Notes: generated by a model not told the origin, from the letters alone. DNA of 64,000 bases from Cyanophora paradoxa CCMP329 (GCA_004431415.1 QPMI01000430.1:6109-70108); one strand, 5' to 3'. Shown: positions 1 to 12,330, numbered from the stretch's first letter. Translations and numbers: made by a program.

Positions 1-1
1 A

Positions 2-1809
2 GTATTCCAGGCATCCGAGATAGGATCGGTCTCATATAGATATCTTGCAGGGGTTCCAGCGAGTTTTAATTTCACATTTGAGTCTCCATTTGTCTCTCCT
101 CCTACCATTGAAATTACAGACCCGAGTCTGTATGTGGTCAATGATGGCTCATCTACCTCTCTTCAAAATGCACCAGCTGGCTACTCCCCGTTTGTTGCAA
201 CTAACATAACAACCACCGGCTTTACGCTCGTGGAAATGCAACAGTGACATATGCTTTATCAGGGTATCCTATTGGGTTGTATTTTGCGAAATTTAATCTC
301 TCTGTTATCCAGCAGTTTCCCTTTCTCCTCCCTTCACTGTGAGTTGGAAGGCAACAGGAACTATTCCGCGATTTGACCCCGAAGACCGATTAAAAATAAG
401 GTATCCTCTCGATGTTACCGACATTCATACTACGAGGATCAATGGGCAGAACTTCGTATTTAATGGAACCAATGCTACTCTGATCGATAATCGAGTTACA
501 AATAATTACTTTTTCGATTCTCGATACATTAATACTTGCAACATTGTCATACATAAAACGTTTGAGGATCGCAGTAAGACCTTAACAGTCACCTTGCCCA
601 CTCATTCGAATGTCTCAGATGGATTTTACTATTATCTGTTAAATCGCTATTACACCTCTTATATTCCATATCCTTCTGAGACTGTCAGCATGAGCTATCC
701 CAAAGTCACCCTAACATCGACCAATGCTGACTTCTTTGGATCCACAGACTTCATGAGAGACTTCTTTTATTTTACATCCTCCACAGATGGTCTCTTAGTT
801 TATTACTCTTACAAATATGAGTCTATTGCTACCCAAATCGAAAGCCACCCAAACACTGATGTGATCACAGCAGGCGATAAGAAATATATAAAAACCGCTT
901 CCCCATGGGTTTGCACTGTCCGGCTCGATGACAGATACACTCCTAACCTAAATAACATTGGATTGCACTCGACATGCAATATTTATGTGCAAGGTGCGAT
1001 TTCGGCTTCGAAGTACTTTGAGGGTGGGAATTGTGATACAGGACATAGGTTGCTATCGCGAAATGGACTCTTTGAGTCATTCAGTGGGACGGCTCTACCG
1101 CCCTTTATCAGGGACACAGTCTATGATACCACATGCAATATTTGGGTGTGTCGATCTGTGAGCAATCCACCTGTGACACAGGAATTATACAAGTATCTCG
1201 CAGATACCTATGGTGCAATCTCAGGATCCTCCACAGGAAATCCAGCGACGGCTCCAATCGTGTTTGCGAATGCATACACAGCGCCAACCTCATTAGCAGG
1301 GTCGACGGAACCGCCCCCAGATTCAGATCCTAACTTGCCTCCTGATGAGTCAGACCCACAGACCCCACCTACCACTGATCCTACAACACCTAATAATCCC
1401 ACAAATCCTACTAATCCAGTCGGAGCACCGGATCTGATCCAGGAAATTTAGTGCTTATCATTCTCTTGCCGATTCTCGGTGCTCTTGGGCTTGTGCTTGC
1501 ATACAAATTCCGAGCTCTATGTTGTGCTTGCATAGACAGAACCATTGCAGGAGCAGGTAATAAATACTCAACACCAGAGCTTAATGTGACCCAAACAGCC
1601 GAAGGAGATGTGGGGTTAGAGGTGAGGTCAGCCGAGGGGCATGGTCTTAGTGTTGTGAGAACTGATCAACCACCAGCAAGTAGGGCAGCACCCAAAAATC
1701 ACGAGCAGAACGAATGGCTGAATCAATAATGAATGAAAATGCAGACTTTATGGCGGAAATTGCACAACGAGAAGGGAGAATATATGAACATGTTCCAAAT
1801 GTTATGTAA
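2..1809 (+). CDS. Probable single frameshift-interrupted viral type-I membrane/surface protein (lectin-like region, Pro/Thr stalk, TM helix, tail); 5' end outside window
   Basis: Open frame 2-247 (FTFESPFVSPPTI..TNITTTGFTL), ORF 339-1451 ending in a PT/PN-rich stalk, ORF 1451-1729 starting with hydrophobic LIILLPILGALGLVLAY, and a short ORF to TAA 1809. The pieces join by 1-nt shifts; joining them is inference. Confidence 0.45.
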
Positions 1810-1847
1810 CAACCTTAATTTTTGTAGTATGCCATAATAGAGAAATA

Positions 1848-3311
1848 ATGACGGAGCCCATAGTAGAAACGACAATAAAGAATGCTGTCTTGGATAATCA
1901 ATTTTATATAACCCATGCCAATATACCCAGTGAATCCAATGACCTGATAGTAGATCTAAAAGGGTATGTGATGGGAGCTATGGCTTCCAACCTGTGGAAT
2001 GACATTTTTGGTTACGAGTTTGGTCACATATATGACATAGCAAATGGGATTGGTTATGTGGATGCAATGGCAGGAACAGCCTTTCGAAATCTAAATTGCA
2101 ACTGTGTGGGTGGGTGGATGTTTCAGATCTGTTCAAATGTCGATCCTACTATTGATCCCGCCACGATAACCTTTGATTGCAATCTGTTTGCCCCCAAAAC
2201 CATTTTCTCCATCACTTGCAATCTCGTTAATTCGGATGTGCCCATAGTAGCACCTGTAATAGGTGCATCAAATATGTATATCCAAAGAAATCCGGTCGTG
2301 CATACAGGCGCCGAATTTATATTAGGCGACAACACCCCAATTAGTCGACTCGAATTGCCCACGAATTTCACCTTTAATCTCGTGGATGAGTTCCCTAACA
2401 GTCAAAGTCTCATGTATTTCACCTCTGAAAATCGCCTTTCGGGTGCATTCTCGCCCATCGAGCTCTCTATACCGAAGCAAAAGGTGAGCTATAAAGAGCT
2501 TACAGATGTGCCGGCGGGTTTTAGTGGGAAGTGGAGTGATATCATTCAGAAGCCGACTTGGAGTAGTGTAGCATACACAGGAAATTACTATGATTTAGTA
2601 GGAACTCCCGATTTCACAAGCTATATACCTCGTTGGATCGATCAAGGTGTAATTATATCAGAATCTACACTCCCTTTCAATGGGACATGGGATAGGTTAT
2701 TTACTAAGCCGAATTTGCATGCTGTTGCCACAAGTGGTGATTACAACGATTTAACTAACACCCCTATTGCACCGACCTTGCATGCTGTGGCTACAAGTGG
2801 GAGCTATACAGATTTAGTTAATACACCAAACTTGCATGCTGTGGCTACAAGCGGGAACTATGACGATTTAATTAACACACCCACTTCGCCACCTACTCAC
2901 AATCACAGCATCGAGTTGCTCACGAATTTCGGTAGTTATGTGAATCCAAATGCATATGTGCAACAAGGGACAATGGATGTAGTAATTCCTGCCGGAGTCT
3001 ATTACAAAGGGGATTTTACCACAGTATCGGGAACCGTTACATTCTCAACCCCATTTTTTAGTGATCCTGTAATTACTGCTACTCTCGAAAACAGTATTAT
3101 TTTAACAAGTGTCGATTTCACCAATAGCATATATCTCTCTGCTGAATATCAGTTCGGAAATCGCATTGGGTTCAAAAATAAATTCACTTGGATTGCGATA
3201 TTCACTTGTTACTCGGACATCAATTATAACAGTGTGATCCAAAGCAATCGCACTCTTAAACTCCATTGGATTGCTGTCGGACCTCTCCAAAACAATAATA
3301 TTCTCACTTAA
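1848..3311 (+). CDS. Fibre/tail-fibre-like virion protein
   Basis: LHAVATSG(D/S/N)Y.DL.NTP repeats typical of phage tail-fibre shafts, an HNH metal-type motif, and a C-terminal GTVTFSTPF..P.I...LHWIAVG lectin/gp53-like domain. Confidence 0.65.
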   Translation: MTEPIVETTIKNAVLDNQFYITHANIPSESNDLIVDLKGYVMGAMASNLWNDIFGYEFGHIYDIANGIGYVDAMAGTAFRNLNCNCVGGWMFQICSNVDPTIDPATITFDCNLFAPKTIFSITCNLVNSDVPIVAPVIGASNMYIQRNPVVHTGAEFILGDNTPISRLELPTNFTFNLVDEFPNSQSLMYFTSENRLSGAFSPIELSIPKQKVSYKELTDVPAGFSGKWSDIIQKPTWSSVAYTGNYYDLVGTPDFTSYIPRWIDQGVIISESTLPFNGTWDRLFTKPNLHAVATSGDYNDLTNTPIAPTLHAVATSGSYTDLVNTPNLHAVATSGNYDDLINTPTSPPTHNHSIELLTNFGSYVNPNAYVQQGTMDVVIPAGVYYKGDFTTVSGTVTFSTPFFSDPVITATLENSIILTSVDFTNSIYLSAEYQFGNRIGFKNKFTWIAIFTCYSDINYNSVIQSNRTLKLHWIAVGPLQNNNILT

Positions 3312-3332
3312 TAAGTAAAGAACAATCAAAAG

Positions 3333-4328
3333 ATGTCGACTGTATTCACGCCTGTGTTTTCTTTGAGTGCAAGTGCTGTCCATAATGTCCAACACACAGT
3401 CTATGATTTATCTCCGAGCCACCCTTCGACTGAGACAGCGAAAACCGATTCTTTTAATGACCAAAGCATACTCAGAGTCAAAGAACTCAGAGCTGACAAG
3501 ATTGATGGACTCGTTAAAGCTACTCAAATGATCGTATCGAATCGACCCGCAATCTCTTCGGGGCTGGTCACCAAAGAAAATCTATATGAAGGTCAACAGG
3601 ATTCCAAAACGGCTTTTAATCCGGCTGATAGGAATTCGGCGGCTTTCCAAGTTTACAGTGGTGGGGCATGGATTGGGACTGGCTTGGGTGTGAATGGTAA
3701 TGCGACAATTACTGGAAGCCTTACAGCTGGATCTTTTGGGACAGTTAAAACGACCACTATTGATTCAGGGGGAAATACAGATTTGGTGATCAAAAGGAAT
3801 AATGAGAATATCGCTTCTACATTTGCAAACAGCCACACAAATTCAACAGGTGGGGCGGTTGCTGGAACTTACAACTGGAAAGGTCTTACAATTAATGGGA
3901 CAAACTCTTATCTTGCTACTCCTAACCATCCACGGTTTTGTGTTGGAATTTCCACAACCCTATCAACTACCTCAGGAATATATTTAACCTCGTATGGAGA
4001 GGTATGGTTAAACAATGGAAATCACATTGATACTTCGAATGGTGTTTTCACAGCTCCTGTATCTGGTCACTACAAGTTCATTTTCACAGGTGCGACAAAA
4101 GAAGATAATTTACTTTCTCTTGTTCATCTACGAATAAATAATGCAACTCCTAATGGTAAATTTTGTATTGCTGTCGTATCGGCATTAAATGTGGTCTCTC
4201 TTAGACCCATCTGTTTGAACGTCTCAGTAGCAATGTCTGCTGGTGATACAGCCAGGCTTTATATTGTTTACGGAGGACTTACTGCTTCGAATTGTCAATG
4301 GAGTGGTGAATTAATTTCTGCAACATAA
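3333..4328 (+). CDS. Fibre protein with conserved PLV N-terminal domain and C-terminal C1q-like head
   Basis: N-terminal RVKELRADK..G.VK.T motif shared with 31209-32039 and 32607-33461. C-terminal NNGNHIDTSNGVFTAPVSGHYKF is a C1q/TNF-like signature. Confidence 0.7.
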   Translation: MSTVFTPVFSLSASAVHNVQHTVYDLSPSHPSTETAKTDSFNDQSILRVKELRADKIDGLVKATQMIVSNRPAISSGLVTKENLYEGQQDSKTAFNPADRNSAAFQVYSGGAWIGTGLGVNGNATITGSLTAGSFGTVKTTTIDSGGNTDLVIKRNNENIASTFANSHTNSTGGAVAGTYNWKGLTINGTNSYLATPNHPRFCVGISTTLSTTSGIYLTSYGEVWLNNGNHIDTSNGVFTAPVSGHYKFIFTGATKEDNLLSLVHLRINNATPNGKFCIAVVSALNVVSLRPICLNVSVAMSAGDTARLYIVYGGLTASNCQWSGELISAT

Positions 4329-4337
4329 AGTAAAAGA

Positions 4338-4601
4338 ATGTCGAACATCTACCAAGTGGTTTTAACTGATACTGAAAAACTCGGAATGGAATACTGTGCC
4401 TACTCTGTTCAGGATTGGATCGATAATGTTGTTCATAATAGGGCGAGAATTGCGATTGATGAGATTGTGGACAAAGAAGTTAAATCGTGTATTGCCGCTG
4501 GAATTCCGATTCCACTCACAAAGGAAGCGATTGTAGAGCAAGCGTTTAATCGGGGGACTGTTCAGAAGGCAAGCGAAATTAATGTGAGTGCTCCTATGTA
4601 A
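4338..4601 (+). CDS. Small protein resembling phage proteins encoded next to tail fibres
   Basis: 87-aa ORF directly after the C1q fibre gene. Motif Q.WIDN..HNRARIAIDEIV is recalled from marine phage fibre-adjacent hypotheticals, not verified by search. Confidence 0.55.
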   Translation: MSNIYQVVLTDTEKLGMEYCAYSVQDWIDNVVHNRARIAIDEIVDKEVKSCIAAGIPIPLTKEAIVEQAFNRGTVQKASEINVSAPM

Positions 4602-4812
4602 AGAAAGAATGAGAGAGGGGTTTATTGTTATTTTTCATAGATCATGCATAAGAAAGGCATGTATCTTGCATAGTGGGCGGGGCGCGAGTGGTTCCAGTGC
4701 ATTAAATGGAACATTTCGATTGAATTCGCGAGTTTGTGCAGGTGGGCATTTTCGGCATGCTTGCTCATGCACAAACTTGCTTTAAAAAGAATAGATAAAG
4801 TGCAATTCGGTT

Positions 4813-5136
4813 TTAACTCTTACGAGTTTTACTATAACATTCTCGGCATTGATAGTAGAGACCATCCTTTGTGCTTTGTTTTTTATTATACTCGCTTGCA
4901 GGCTTTTCAATCTTGCAGTGCGAGCATACCTTCGATTGTACTTCGATCTTCGGACGCGTTTTTAACACGAAATGATAAAGGTAATTGTGATACTCTCGAT
5001 CACAGTCTTTGCATCTCCACGACAATGTTTTATTCCCTGAGCTACTCTTTTTCAATTCATAACTTGATGCCGGTTTTACCTTGTCACAAACATTGCATTG
5101 CTTACTCTCAGGTAGATTTACTTGATTGCTTGCCAT
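4813..5136 (-). CDS. Tandem Cys4 zinc-finger protein (homing-endonuclease-associated type)
   Basis: Two repeats of K.C..C...KP.S.Y...(KDG)....C..C; no nuclease domain seen. Confidence 0.65.
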   Translation of the reverse strand: MASNQVNLPESKQCNVCDKVKPASSYELKKSSSGNKTLSWRCKDCDREYHNYLYHFVLKTRPKIEVQSKVCSHCKIEKPASEYNKKQSTKDGLYYQCRECYSKTRKS

Positions 5137-5269
5137 TGTTACAGTATATTAACGGGAAGTCTTTAAGTGGGGATCACTTGTTTAATTGGTGGGGCTCACC
5201 TTGATTTTTCAATTTGGCTAACTGAAAACAGTCCGGAAACGATCGGGAACATTTCATTAAAATAGGGGT

Positions 5270-5470
5270 CTTACTGTCCTTACTGAGAGATCGGGGGAAA
5301 GTTAAAGGGCTTACTGGGAATGGTAAGGAATTAGAAAAATGAAGAATGAAAGGGTTTCGTGATTGGTTTCAGTAAGGAGAGGTTAGATGTTTGAAAAATA
5401 CAGTGCTAATTTATAATTTGTTACTGAGCCTTACTGAGAAATTTGAAAATGGATAATGGGCTTACTGAGA
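5270..5470. repeat. Cluster of short CTTACTG/CAGTAAG motifs near the end of viral element 1
   Basis: About 7 copies of TTACTG or its complement within 200 bp of non-coding AT-rich DNA. Confidence 0.6.
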
Positions 5471-5530
5471 ATGGTAGTGGGGAAGGTCGCGCAATTGGTG
5501 GGGTTGGCCACCCAACGAGCCGGATCGATG

Positions 5531-8500
5531 TCATTCGGAGGGACCGGCGCCGTCCGGCGGCGGTGCGCCGGCCCGGGCCCTGGGCGCCGGCTGGGGGAGG
5601 GGGATCTTGCGAAGTAGATAGCCTGCGGAGCGGGACCGTGAGCGCCGGCGAGAGGTGATGCGGGGGGGCGGGGCGGGGCGGGGGCACCGTAGGGGAGGGA
5701 GGCGGCGGCGGGGGCGAGGGAGAGGGCCCAGAGGGTTGGGGGCAGGGGCACGGTGTCGAACCAGGGCCCGCCGAGCTGGACGATGGCGGCCTGGACGGCG
5801 GCCGAGGCGAGGAGGATGGCGACGAACAGCGGGTTCCGCCCCAGGCCCTCCAGCACCGACCCGTCCCCGTCCTCCAGCTTCCGGCAGTTCACCTCGTTCG
5901 CCAGCTGCCGTCCCGCCCCGGCCCCTCAGCGGCGCCGGCGGGACGGGGCCGGGGTGCGGGCCTGGCAGAAGACGAAGGCGTTGAAGAGGACGGTGTTGAC
6001 GACCTCGGGGCTCCCCGCCTCCGGGCCCGCCACCGCCGGCAGCAGCGCCCCGCCCAAATACAGCAGCGGGAACAGGAAGGCCAGCTGCGCGCGGGCGGAG
6101 GCACAGGTCAGGGACGAAGGTGGCGGGGGGCGCGGGGCGGGACGGGCCTGGAAGGCGGCGTGGCCGACGATGGCGCGGGCCATGGCCGGCGAGATGAGGC
6201 GCTCCCCGGGGGCCTGCGGGGCCCGCGCCAGCAGCGCCGCCGTCGGCCGCTCCGTCCCTGCCCCGGCCCTCAGCCGAGGAAGGCGCGCGGGGCGTGAGGC
6301 GCGGGGCGGGCAGGAGGCCCGGGCACCGAGGGCGAGGGCGCCGAGGGAGTCCATAATCATGTTCACCCAGAGTAGCTGCGGGCCGGGCAGGCGCGCCCAA
6401 GCTCAGATGCGTCGAATGGCGCCGGCCGGGGGGCAGTGCGGGCGGGGCGGGGCGGTGCGGGCCTGGGTTGGCTTGAGGGGCGTCCCCATGTCGGTGACGG
6501 CGGCGACGAGGGCGACGGAGAGGGCGACGACGTTGACGGTGAGCTGGAACTGCACGAACTTGCGGATGTTGTCGTACACGCAGCGCCCCCACAGCACCGC
6601 GTTCACGATCGACGTGAAGTTGTCGTCCATCAGCACGATGTCCTGTCCACGATGTCAGAGGGGGGGGGGGGCGGGGGCGCGGGGCGAGGGGCCGGGGCGG
6701 ACGGAGGCTTCCTTGGCGACCTCGGTGCCGGAGAGGCCCATGCTGAGCCCGACGTCGGCCTCGCGCAGCGCCGGCGCGTCGTTCGTCCCGTCCCCCGTCA
6801 CCGCCACCACCTCGCCCCGGCCCCGCAGCCGCCGCACCAGCGCCAGCTTGTCCGTCGGCGACGCCCGCGCCAGCACCTGCGGGCGGGGCGGGACGGGCTC
6901 GGAGGCGAGAGGGGCGGGGCATCGGGCGGGCGGGCGGGCCTGGAGGCGGGGGAGGACAGCGGTGTCGAAGTCGGGGCGGGCGAGGGCGGCCTGCAGCTCC
7001 TCCCCCGTGAGCGCCAGCCCGCCCTCCGTCATGATCCCGCACTCCCGCGCGATGTGCACCGCCGTCAGCGCGTCTGGCCCCCCGCCGTCGGCCCGCGGGG
7101 TCGCCCGTGAGGGAGGGGAGGGCCGGGGCGGCGCACTGTCGCCGGTGCACATGCGGACGGTGATGCCGGCGCGCTTGCAGGCCTCCACCGCCGCCGGCAC
7201 CTGCGGGGCCCTCAGAGGCGAGCGAGGCCGAGGCGGGAGCGCTGCGCGGGGCGCCGCGCCTCCTTGCGGACAGGGTCCTTGATGCCGACGAAGGCGAGGA
7301 AGGTGAGGGGCCCGCCCGGCGCCCCGGGGCCCTCCCACGCCGCCCCGCCATCCTCTTCCGCCTCCGCGTACGCGAGGCAGAGCGTCCGCAGGCCTGCGGC
7401 TGTCAGAGGCGGGCGGCGGGCGAGGGCGGCGGGGCGGGCGGGGGGCGGGGCACCGGAGGCGGCCATGCGCTCGACCTCCGCGAGGAGCGCCTCCCGCTCC
7501 GCCGGCCCCAGCGGCCCCTCCCGCCCGTCCGGCCCCGCCGCCCGCTCGCACCGCGCCAGCAGCCGCTCCGGCGCCCCCTTCACGTGCAGCCGGAACCCGC
7601 CATCCTCCTGCGCGCGTCGAGGGAACGTCGAGCGGAGCGGGGCGGCGGCGCGGGCGGCGTGGCGCTGACCGTGCGGACGATGGTGGTCATGGACTTGACC
7701 GCGGAGGAGAAGGGGAAGACGGCGCGGAGGGCGGCCCCGCGGCGGGCGGCGGCGAGCTCGGCCGGCCCGAGCCCCGCCTCGCGCTCGAGCCACGCGAGAA
7801 GGACGCACTCCGTGCGGCTCCCGACGCGCTCGAGGGCCCCCGAGGGGAGCGCCGCCACGCTCGCCGTCGAGTTGAGCGCCACGCCCTCCCGCAGCAGCGC
7901 CGCCGTCCGCCCGGGGAGGGAGGCGAGGGGCGGGCTGGGCCCCGCCGCCCCCGCCGCGCGCCACTCGACGACGCTCATGCGGTTCTCCGTCAGCGTGCCC
8001 GTCTTGTCGCTCAGGATGTCTGCCCGCGCCGCCCCGTCAGCCGGGCCGCAGAGACGCGCCCCGCCCAGCAGAGACGCGCGCACTGGTGGCGCCGCCCATC
8101 GTCTCCGCCGCGTCCAGGTGCCTCACGAGGTTCTGCGGGGCGGCCGTCCGCGTCGGACGCGGCGCGAGAGGCGCGGGGGCTGGAGGGCGGGGCGGGCGGG
8201 CACCTGGTCGGCGAGCATGGCGCGGACGGAGTACGCCAGCGAGACGGTCACCGCCACTGCGGCGCGGCTCGGTCGAGAGACAGCCGGGCCGGGCCGGGGC
8301 GGGGGCCGGGGGCCGGGGCGGGGCGGGGGCGCACGGGGCAGGCCCTCTGGGACGGCCATGACGAGGATGGTGACGCCCGTGATGAAGAAGGAGAGCAGCG
8401 TCGACGCGTCCGTCGCGTCCAGCGCCTCCCGCCCCGCCTGCGAGGGAGGGGGTGGGGGGAGGAGGGGGGGGTAGAGGCGCGAGAGCCCGCACCCCGACGT

Positions 8501-10141
8501 CGAGGCCCCAGCGGACGCAGAGGGCGGCGACGGTGAGCACCGCCGCCGCGAGGCCCACCCGCCCGATCGCTGTGCGAGGGAGAGGCTCGGGCGGGGCCGG
8601 GGGACGGGGCGGAGCGCGAGGAGGAGGGGTCACCCTCGGCGGTGACCTCGAGCTTCTTCTGCAGCGGCGTCTTCCGCTCGTCGTCCCGCTCTGCCCGCCG
8701 CGGCCGGCCCGCCGATCAGACGGGGCCCGAGGGGGCGGGCCGCGGGCGCACCGCGGAGGCGGCCCATGGCGGAGCCCATGCGCGTGGCCTCGCCGACGGC
8801 CGTCACGAGCATGCGGCCCACGCCCGTGCACACCTGCGCGCCCCGGCGCGGCGTGGGCCTGCGGCCTTGCTCTCAGCGGCCTGCCGGGCGGACCTGGGTG
8901 CCGGCGAGGAGGAGGGGGCTGGCGGGGCCCTTCTTGACGGCGTCGCTCTCGCCCGTGAGCCCGCTCTCGTCCGCCTCCAGCCCGAAGCCCGCCACCAGCA
9001 CCCCGTCCGCAGGCACCTGCCCCCAGAGTCAGGGGGAGAGGGGGGGAGTGGGGGGGGGGTACGGGGGCGGGCCTGGTCGCCGGCCTCGAGGAGGACGAGG
9101 TCGCCCACCACCAGCTCCGACGCCTGCACCTGTACCCCGGCGTCGGGGGAGGGGGCGGGGCGGCAAGGCGGGGCGGGGGGTACGGCGTGCCTCGCGGGGG
9201 GCGCCGCCGCGGACGACGCGGGCGCGGCGGTCGTTCTTCACGCGGTTCAGCGCCCGGAACTGCGCCTCCTTCCTGCGGCCGGCGGGGCTCAGAGGGGCCG
9301 CGGGGGGCTGCCGGAGCCGGAGCCGGGCGGGGTGCGGGCGCGCGTGTAGTTGTTGGCGGCGGTGACCGCCGAGACGAGGGCCACGGCGCCCAGGATGGAG
9401 ACCCCGTCCACCCAGGGGGGTACCCCCTCGTGCGGCACCACGACCATCGCCGCCCCCGGCGCCTCCCGCGGGCCCCTCGCGGCCTCCGCCTGCACCTCCT
9501 CCACCCCCGGCGGCGCGCCCGGCGCCGGCGGCGGGGCCTGCGTGCGTTCGGCGGCCGGCGGCGGCGGGGCGGGGCGGGGCGGAGGGGAAAGGCTTGGAGG
9601 CGGCGCACGGGGCCCTGTGTGGCGAGGGAGACGGCGATGGAGACGCCGGCGGCGGCGACGAGGATGCGCAGCGTGCCGTCCTGCAGCGCCTCCCACAGCA
9701 GCGACCCGAACGACCGGCCCGCCGCCTCCGCCACCGCGTTCGCCCCGCCCCTGCCCCCGCGTCGGCCACCCGACGGCCCCGCGGCGGAGAGCGCGTTCAA
9801 AGCGCTTCTGCGCACCGCGCGCGGCGCTCGGCGATGGCGGCGGGTCGTCGGGGAGGCCGTCCAACGCGTCGCTCCCGAGCCGCCGCGCCAGCTCCTCCGG
9901 CGGCTCCGGTGCAGCCTGCGGGGCGCCCGCCGGCGCCGACGAGGCCGGCCGCGGACCCGCCGGCCGCTCGGGCGCCGCATCCGCGACGGCCTGCGCATAC
10001 GATTCGAACGCGGCCGGTTCGGAGGGCGCGTCGGCGATCGGGCCGCGGGGGCGCGCGGGGCCGTGCAGCAGCACTCACGTGCTCCGAGGACACCACAAAG
10101 CGCCTCGGGTGCCTCCGTCTGCTGTCCTCGCTCGCGTGCAC
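5531..10141 (-). CDS. Host P-type IIB Ca2+-transporting ATPase (PMCA-like), ~24 short introns, apparently full length; start approximate
   Basis: Exon-borne motifs [32 protein letters not shown] (phospho-Asp), [59 protein letters not shown] and [16 protein letters not shown]. The last exon GYLLRKIP ends at TGA 5531-5533. Confidence 0.93.
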
Positions 10142-11099
10142 GCGTTGCGCGCCGAGGCCGAGGGAGGAACCGAGCTGGAACTGCCGCCTGGGCAGGACGC
10201 GGGCGTACGTGCGCTTTGCTCTTGCCCTGGAGCACTGCGAACGGGGCCGCGGAGGTCAGGGACGTGCCTCCCAGCGGAGATGACGCGCGTGCCGGCTGAG
10301 GGGAGACGGGTTGCTGGAGGCGCACCGAGCTTGCGCTGCTGCAATGCGCTCCCCCTGATCGATCTGCGGCGGCCCAAGGGGCCGCCGGCGCTAGCGGAGC
10401 GAGGAACATCGGAATGACGAGTACCCCCGTCAAAGCACGACCCCCCATCTCGAACTGGTTGTGCGTGAATGTTGATGGCGCAAAGCGGTGCTTCCGCGCG
10501 TGTATCGCGTTCTTGCGGTAGCGCCCGCTTTCGCTGCTCCGCTCAGCGCAGACGCCCAGACCCGCCCCAGCTCATCAGGCGCTGCGCATGCCGCTGCAGC
10601 GGTCCCTGCGGGCCCGCTGTGCGCACCGGCAGCAGCGATGCGGGGATCGACGCCACCTGGCCTGCCGGGCCCGCGCTCCGACAACGTGCGCGTCGACGCG
10701 TACGCGTACGAGTTCGAGGAGCTGGAATTCGAACCGGACCGGAATTTGACATGTACAGCGCTTACGACGTGCTCCACCGCTCTCGCGACGGCGTGCCCGA
10801 GCGCTATGAGGCGACGGAGCTCAAGTCTAGATCTCCTGCAGCTGCGTGGAACAGATGGCACGCGGACCGGGCGCGCGGCGCCGGCGCCGGCCCCCGCATG
10901 CATATGCCCGCTCAGGTGCGCTTGTTTGCTCGTTTGCGCATCGTCTTCACAGCCGTCAAGCGAGCTCCGCGTCGCGCTGCCTGACCTCTGGCGTGGCCAG
11001 CGCTAGCAGCAGCGGCAGCTGCAGCCGCAGACGATTCGAGTGACGGTCTCGCCGCCGATGGCCGCCCCGCCACCGCTCGGCTCCGCGGTCATGGTGCGC

Positions 11100-12330
11100 A
11101 CGCGCGCTTCGACAGCTTCGACGGCTCGCTCCTCTTCTCCGCTCGGCGCCGCGGCCTCGTCGCTGCTGCCGCCGCCCGAGAACCAGAGGCGGGGCGCTGA
11201 CCGCTCGGGCCGGGGCGGCAGGTGCGGGTCGTGCGGGTCGCGGAGCGCGCGGCGGCCGCGCGGAGCGGCCTGCGCCCGTCGTACGCCAACGTACCCGCCT
11301 TCCCCTCGGAGGCCCTCCCCGCGTTCCTCGCCCGGTCCGCCCCGCGCCCCGCCGCCCCCGCCCTCCCACCCTGCGCGACCGAGCGGGCAGGGTGGCCGAG
11401 CGGTTCGGGTGCGGCCGGCGCCCCCGACGCTGGGGAGGCTCTTCGTGGAGGCCGCCGGGGCGCGGCGGAGATCGCCGAGACCGCCGCCCTCCTCGCTGTG
11501 CGCGCCGCCGCTACCTCGCCCCCGGCCCGAGCCCCGCGTGACCGCCGGGGCCTTCGCGCAGGTCGGCTCCGACCTGGTCATCTACGCGGCCCCGGGGACC
11601 TGCTGCCCGGCCCGGCCCCGCCGGCCAGCCCCGCCGCGCCCGCCTCCGCCCCTCGGGCCCGCCCCGCGGCCGCGCCCCAGCGGGCCGGGCTCCGGCTCCG
11701 GCAGCTCGGGCTCGTCGGCCCTGAGCGGGTCGGCGTCGGCGGCCTCGGGCCCGGGCGCCCCTCCGGCGCCTCCGCATCGAGCCTCGAGGGGACACCCGTG
11801 CGCCCGTCTCTGACGGCCGCCCCGCCGCCGCCCCCGCGCCCCGCCGACGCCCGGCCCGCAGACCGCAGCCGGGAGATTTCGGGCCGTCTGCCGCCGGGGC
11901 CGGCGCCGCTGCTGAGCCCCGCCGTGCTCCCCGCGCCCACCGCGCGCCGCGTCCGCCTCTCGCCACTGGCCGCCTCCGCGCCCGGCGCGCTGCCGCCCTC
12001 CTCCGCGTGCCTGACGTACGCGCCGCCCTCGACGCACGTGCTCCCGCCGCCCCTGCTGCTGCCCGCCGCGCCCGAGGCCGCCGCCGGCGGCGCGCTCGCG
12101 CTCGCCTCGCCGGCGCCGTCGGCGCTCTCGGGGCGTCGTACCCGCCGACGCCGGGGAGCGCGCTGAGCCGGCGGACGGTGCACGAGGAGGCCGCCTTCCT
12201 CCACCGCCTCTACGGCGGCCGGCCCCGCGCGACGTCCGCCCGCCCGCCCCTCTTCTCGCGCGCCTCTGTCTGACGCCCGCCGGCCCCCCGCGCAGCTACG
12301 GAGCGCCGGCCGCGGGTCGCCGCCGGGGAG
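11100..12330 (+). pseudogene. 5' fragment of a host intron-containing gene (copy 1), truncated near 12330
   Basis: Near-identical to 21660-22930 and 62220-63470, where the gene continues into cellulose-synthase-like exons. Here similarity stops at gccggggagc, ~12330. Confidence 0.5.

Larger units (their letters stand above)
1..5500. mobile_element. Partial endogenous viral element (PLV-like), right-hand part only
   Basis: AT-rich, intronless, densely packed ORFs with an abrupt switch to very GC-rich host DNA near 5500-5530. ORF 3333-4328 shares its N-terminal domain with two genes of the 28.5-57.7 kb provirus. Phage-fibre repeats are present. No hallmark core gene lies inside the window and the right boundary is approximate. 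Confidence 0.75.
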
